From Octopus sinensis (lineage: Eukaryota), in contig NC_043008.1 of assembly GCF_006345805.1 (NCBI RefSeq), positions 59,892,001 through 59,956,000 of the forward strand: a DNA stretch of 64,000 bases. Reading direction: 5' to 3'. The notes below the pieces were generated by a model that saw only the letters and a list, made by a program, of their open reading frames with translations, had not been told where the DNA came from and ran no database searches. Below, piece after piece: positions 63,185-64,000 of this stretch. How positions within the stretch are numbered: the stretch's first letter is position 1; each line of letters begins with the position of its first letter. Position numbers and translations under genes: made by a program.

Positions 63185-63520
63185 TTCTTTCATCTTTTGT
63201 TTCAGAACTTTTAGTCAAATGAATCGACCTTAGTTCTTACTTCTTGTTTGAAAGCCTGGTACTTATTCTATCGAACCACTAAGTTACGGGGACGGAAACA
63301 CGCCAGCACCGGTTGTCAAGCGGTGGTGGGGAAACAAAAACAGATACAAAGACACGCAGACACACATATGCGGCGGGCTTCTTTCAGTTTCCGTCTACCG
63401 AATCCACTCACGAGGCTTTAGTCGGCCCGAAGCTATAGTAGAAGACATTTGCCCAAGGTACCATGCAGTGGGACTGAACCTGGAACTACGTGATTGGGAA
63501 GCAAACTTCTTGCCATACAG
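63185..63520 (-). mobile_element. SINE family A variant
   Basis: Body and head match family A; tail truncated. Confidence 0.8.
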
Positions 63521-63524
63521 GCGC

Positions 63525-63763
63525 CCTTTTAAAGCCTAGCCAGGCTCATGGGCCCCGTTTCCAAGTTTCAATGGCATATGTGTTACCAAGCTGGGCGGGA
63601 TGCCAGTCCATCGCAGCGTTACTCATTTTTGTCAGCTGAGTGGACTGGAGCAACGTGAAATGAAGTGTTTTGCTCAAGAACACAACACGTCGCCCGGTCC
63701 AGGAATCGAAACCACAATCTTACGATCATGATGCTGACACTCTAACCACTAAGCCACGCTCCT

Positions 63764-63767
<4 letters not shown>
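63525..63767 (-). mobile_element. SINE family F (CORE-like) carrying the family E tail
   Basis: Minus strand GTGGAGGAGCGTGGCTTAGTGG...TTTCGATTCC...TTGAGCAAAACACTTCATTTCACGTTGCTCCAGTCCACTCAGCTG, then GCTGCGATGGACTGGCATCCCG...GCCCATGAGCCTGGCTAGGC. Confidence 0.75.
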
Positions 63768-63798
<31 letters not shown>

Positions 63799-64000
63799 AC
63801 ACACATTGTATGTATTTAAGTATATTTCTTGATGTTGAACTGGCAGAATCGTTTTGAAGTGTCAGATAGAATATATTATGGTATTTTCCCTAACATCTTC
63901 GCTCTTAGATCAAATCCTGCAAAGATGGATTTACCTTATATCTTTACGGAAACGTGAAATAAACTATCAGCTCAGAATCATTGAACGGTGCAATTGTTAC

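Overview
AT-rich animal genomic DNA, very dense in microsatellites. It is most likely octopus: this is inferred from recognising the repeat families and was not checked by a search. I could not identify any host protein-coding gene. Nearly all listed ORFs come from (TA)n/(CA)n/(TATG)n/(TATC)n/(TTTC)n tracts or from repeats. The recognisable coding remnants all belong to transposons: a 5'-truncated CR1-group LINE RT C-terminus (2916-3743, -), an R4/Dong-type RLE domain between (TAA)n tracts (1174-1593, -), RTE ORF2 C-termini, and decayed Tc1 transposases. There are many copies of several tRNA-headed SINE families (A, B, E, F are my own labels; C is an RTE-3'UTR-type repeat), TTAA-flanked piggyBac-type MITEs, a hAT MITE and Helitron/Helentron-type non-autonomous elements. 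The most notable signal is about ten type I hammerhead-ribozyme (HHR) motifs or relics from at least five sequence families. They sit in Penelope-like terminal repeats (pLTRs), often in inverted-repeat arrangements. They include one canonical-core copy in a ~1.1 kb mini-element, a U3-A8 core variant, a recurrent CCGANGA core variant, and a TSD-flanked element that joins a tRNA-derived Pol III head to a decayed HHR tail. The dominant SINE also shares its 3' end with the CR1 LINE, with compensatory changes in a terminal stem. Weak hints (splice sites, a CpG step near 58.6 kb) suggest most of the window is intronic to a minus-strand gene.
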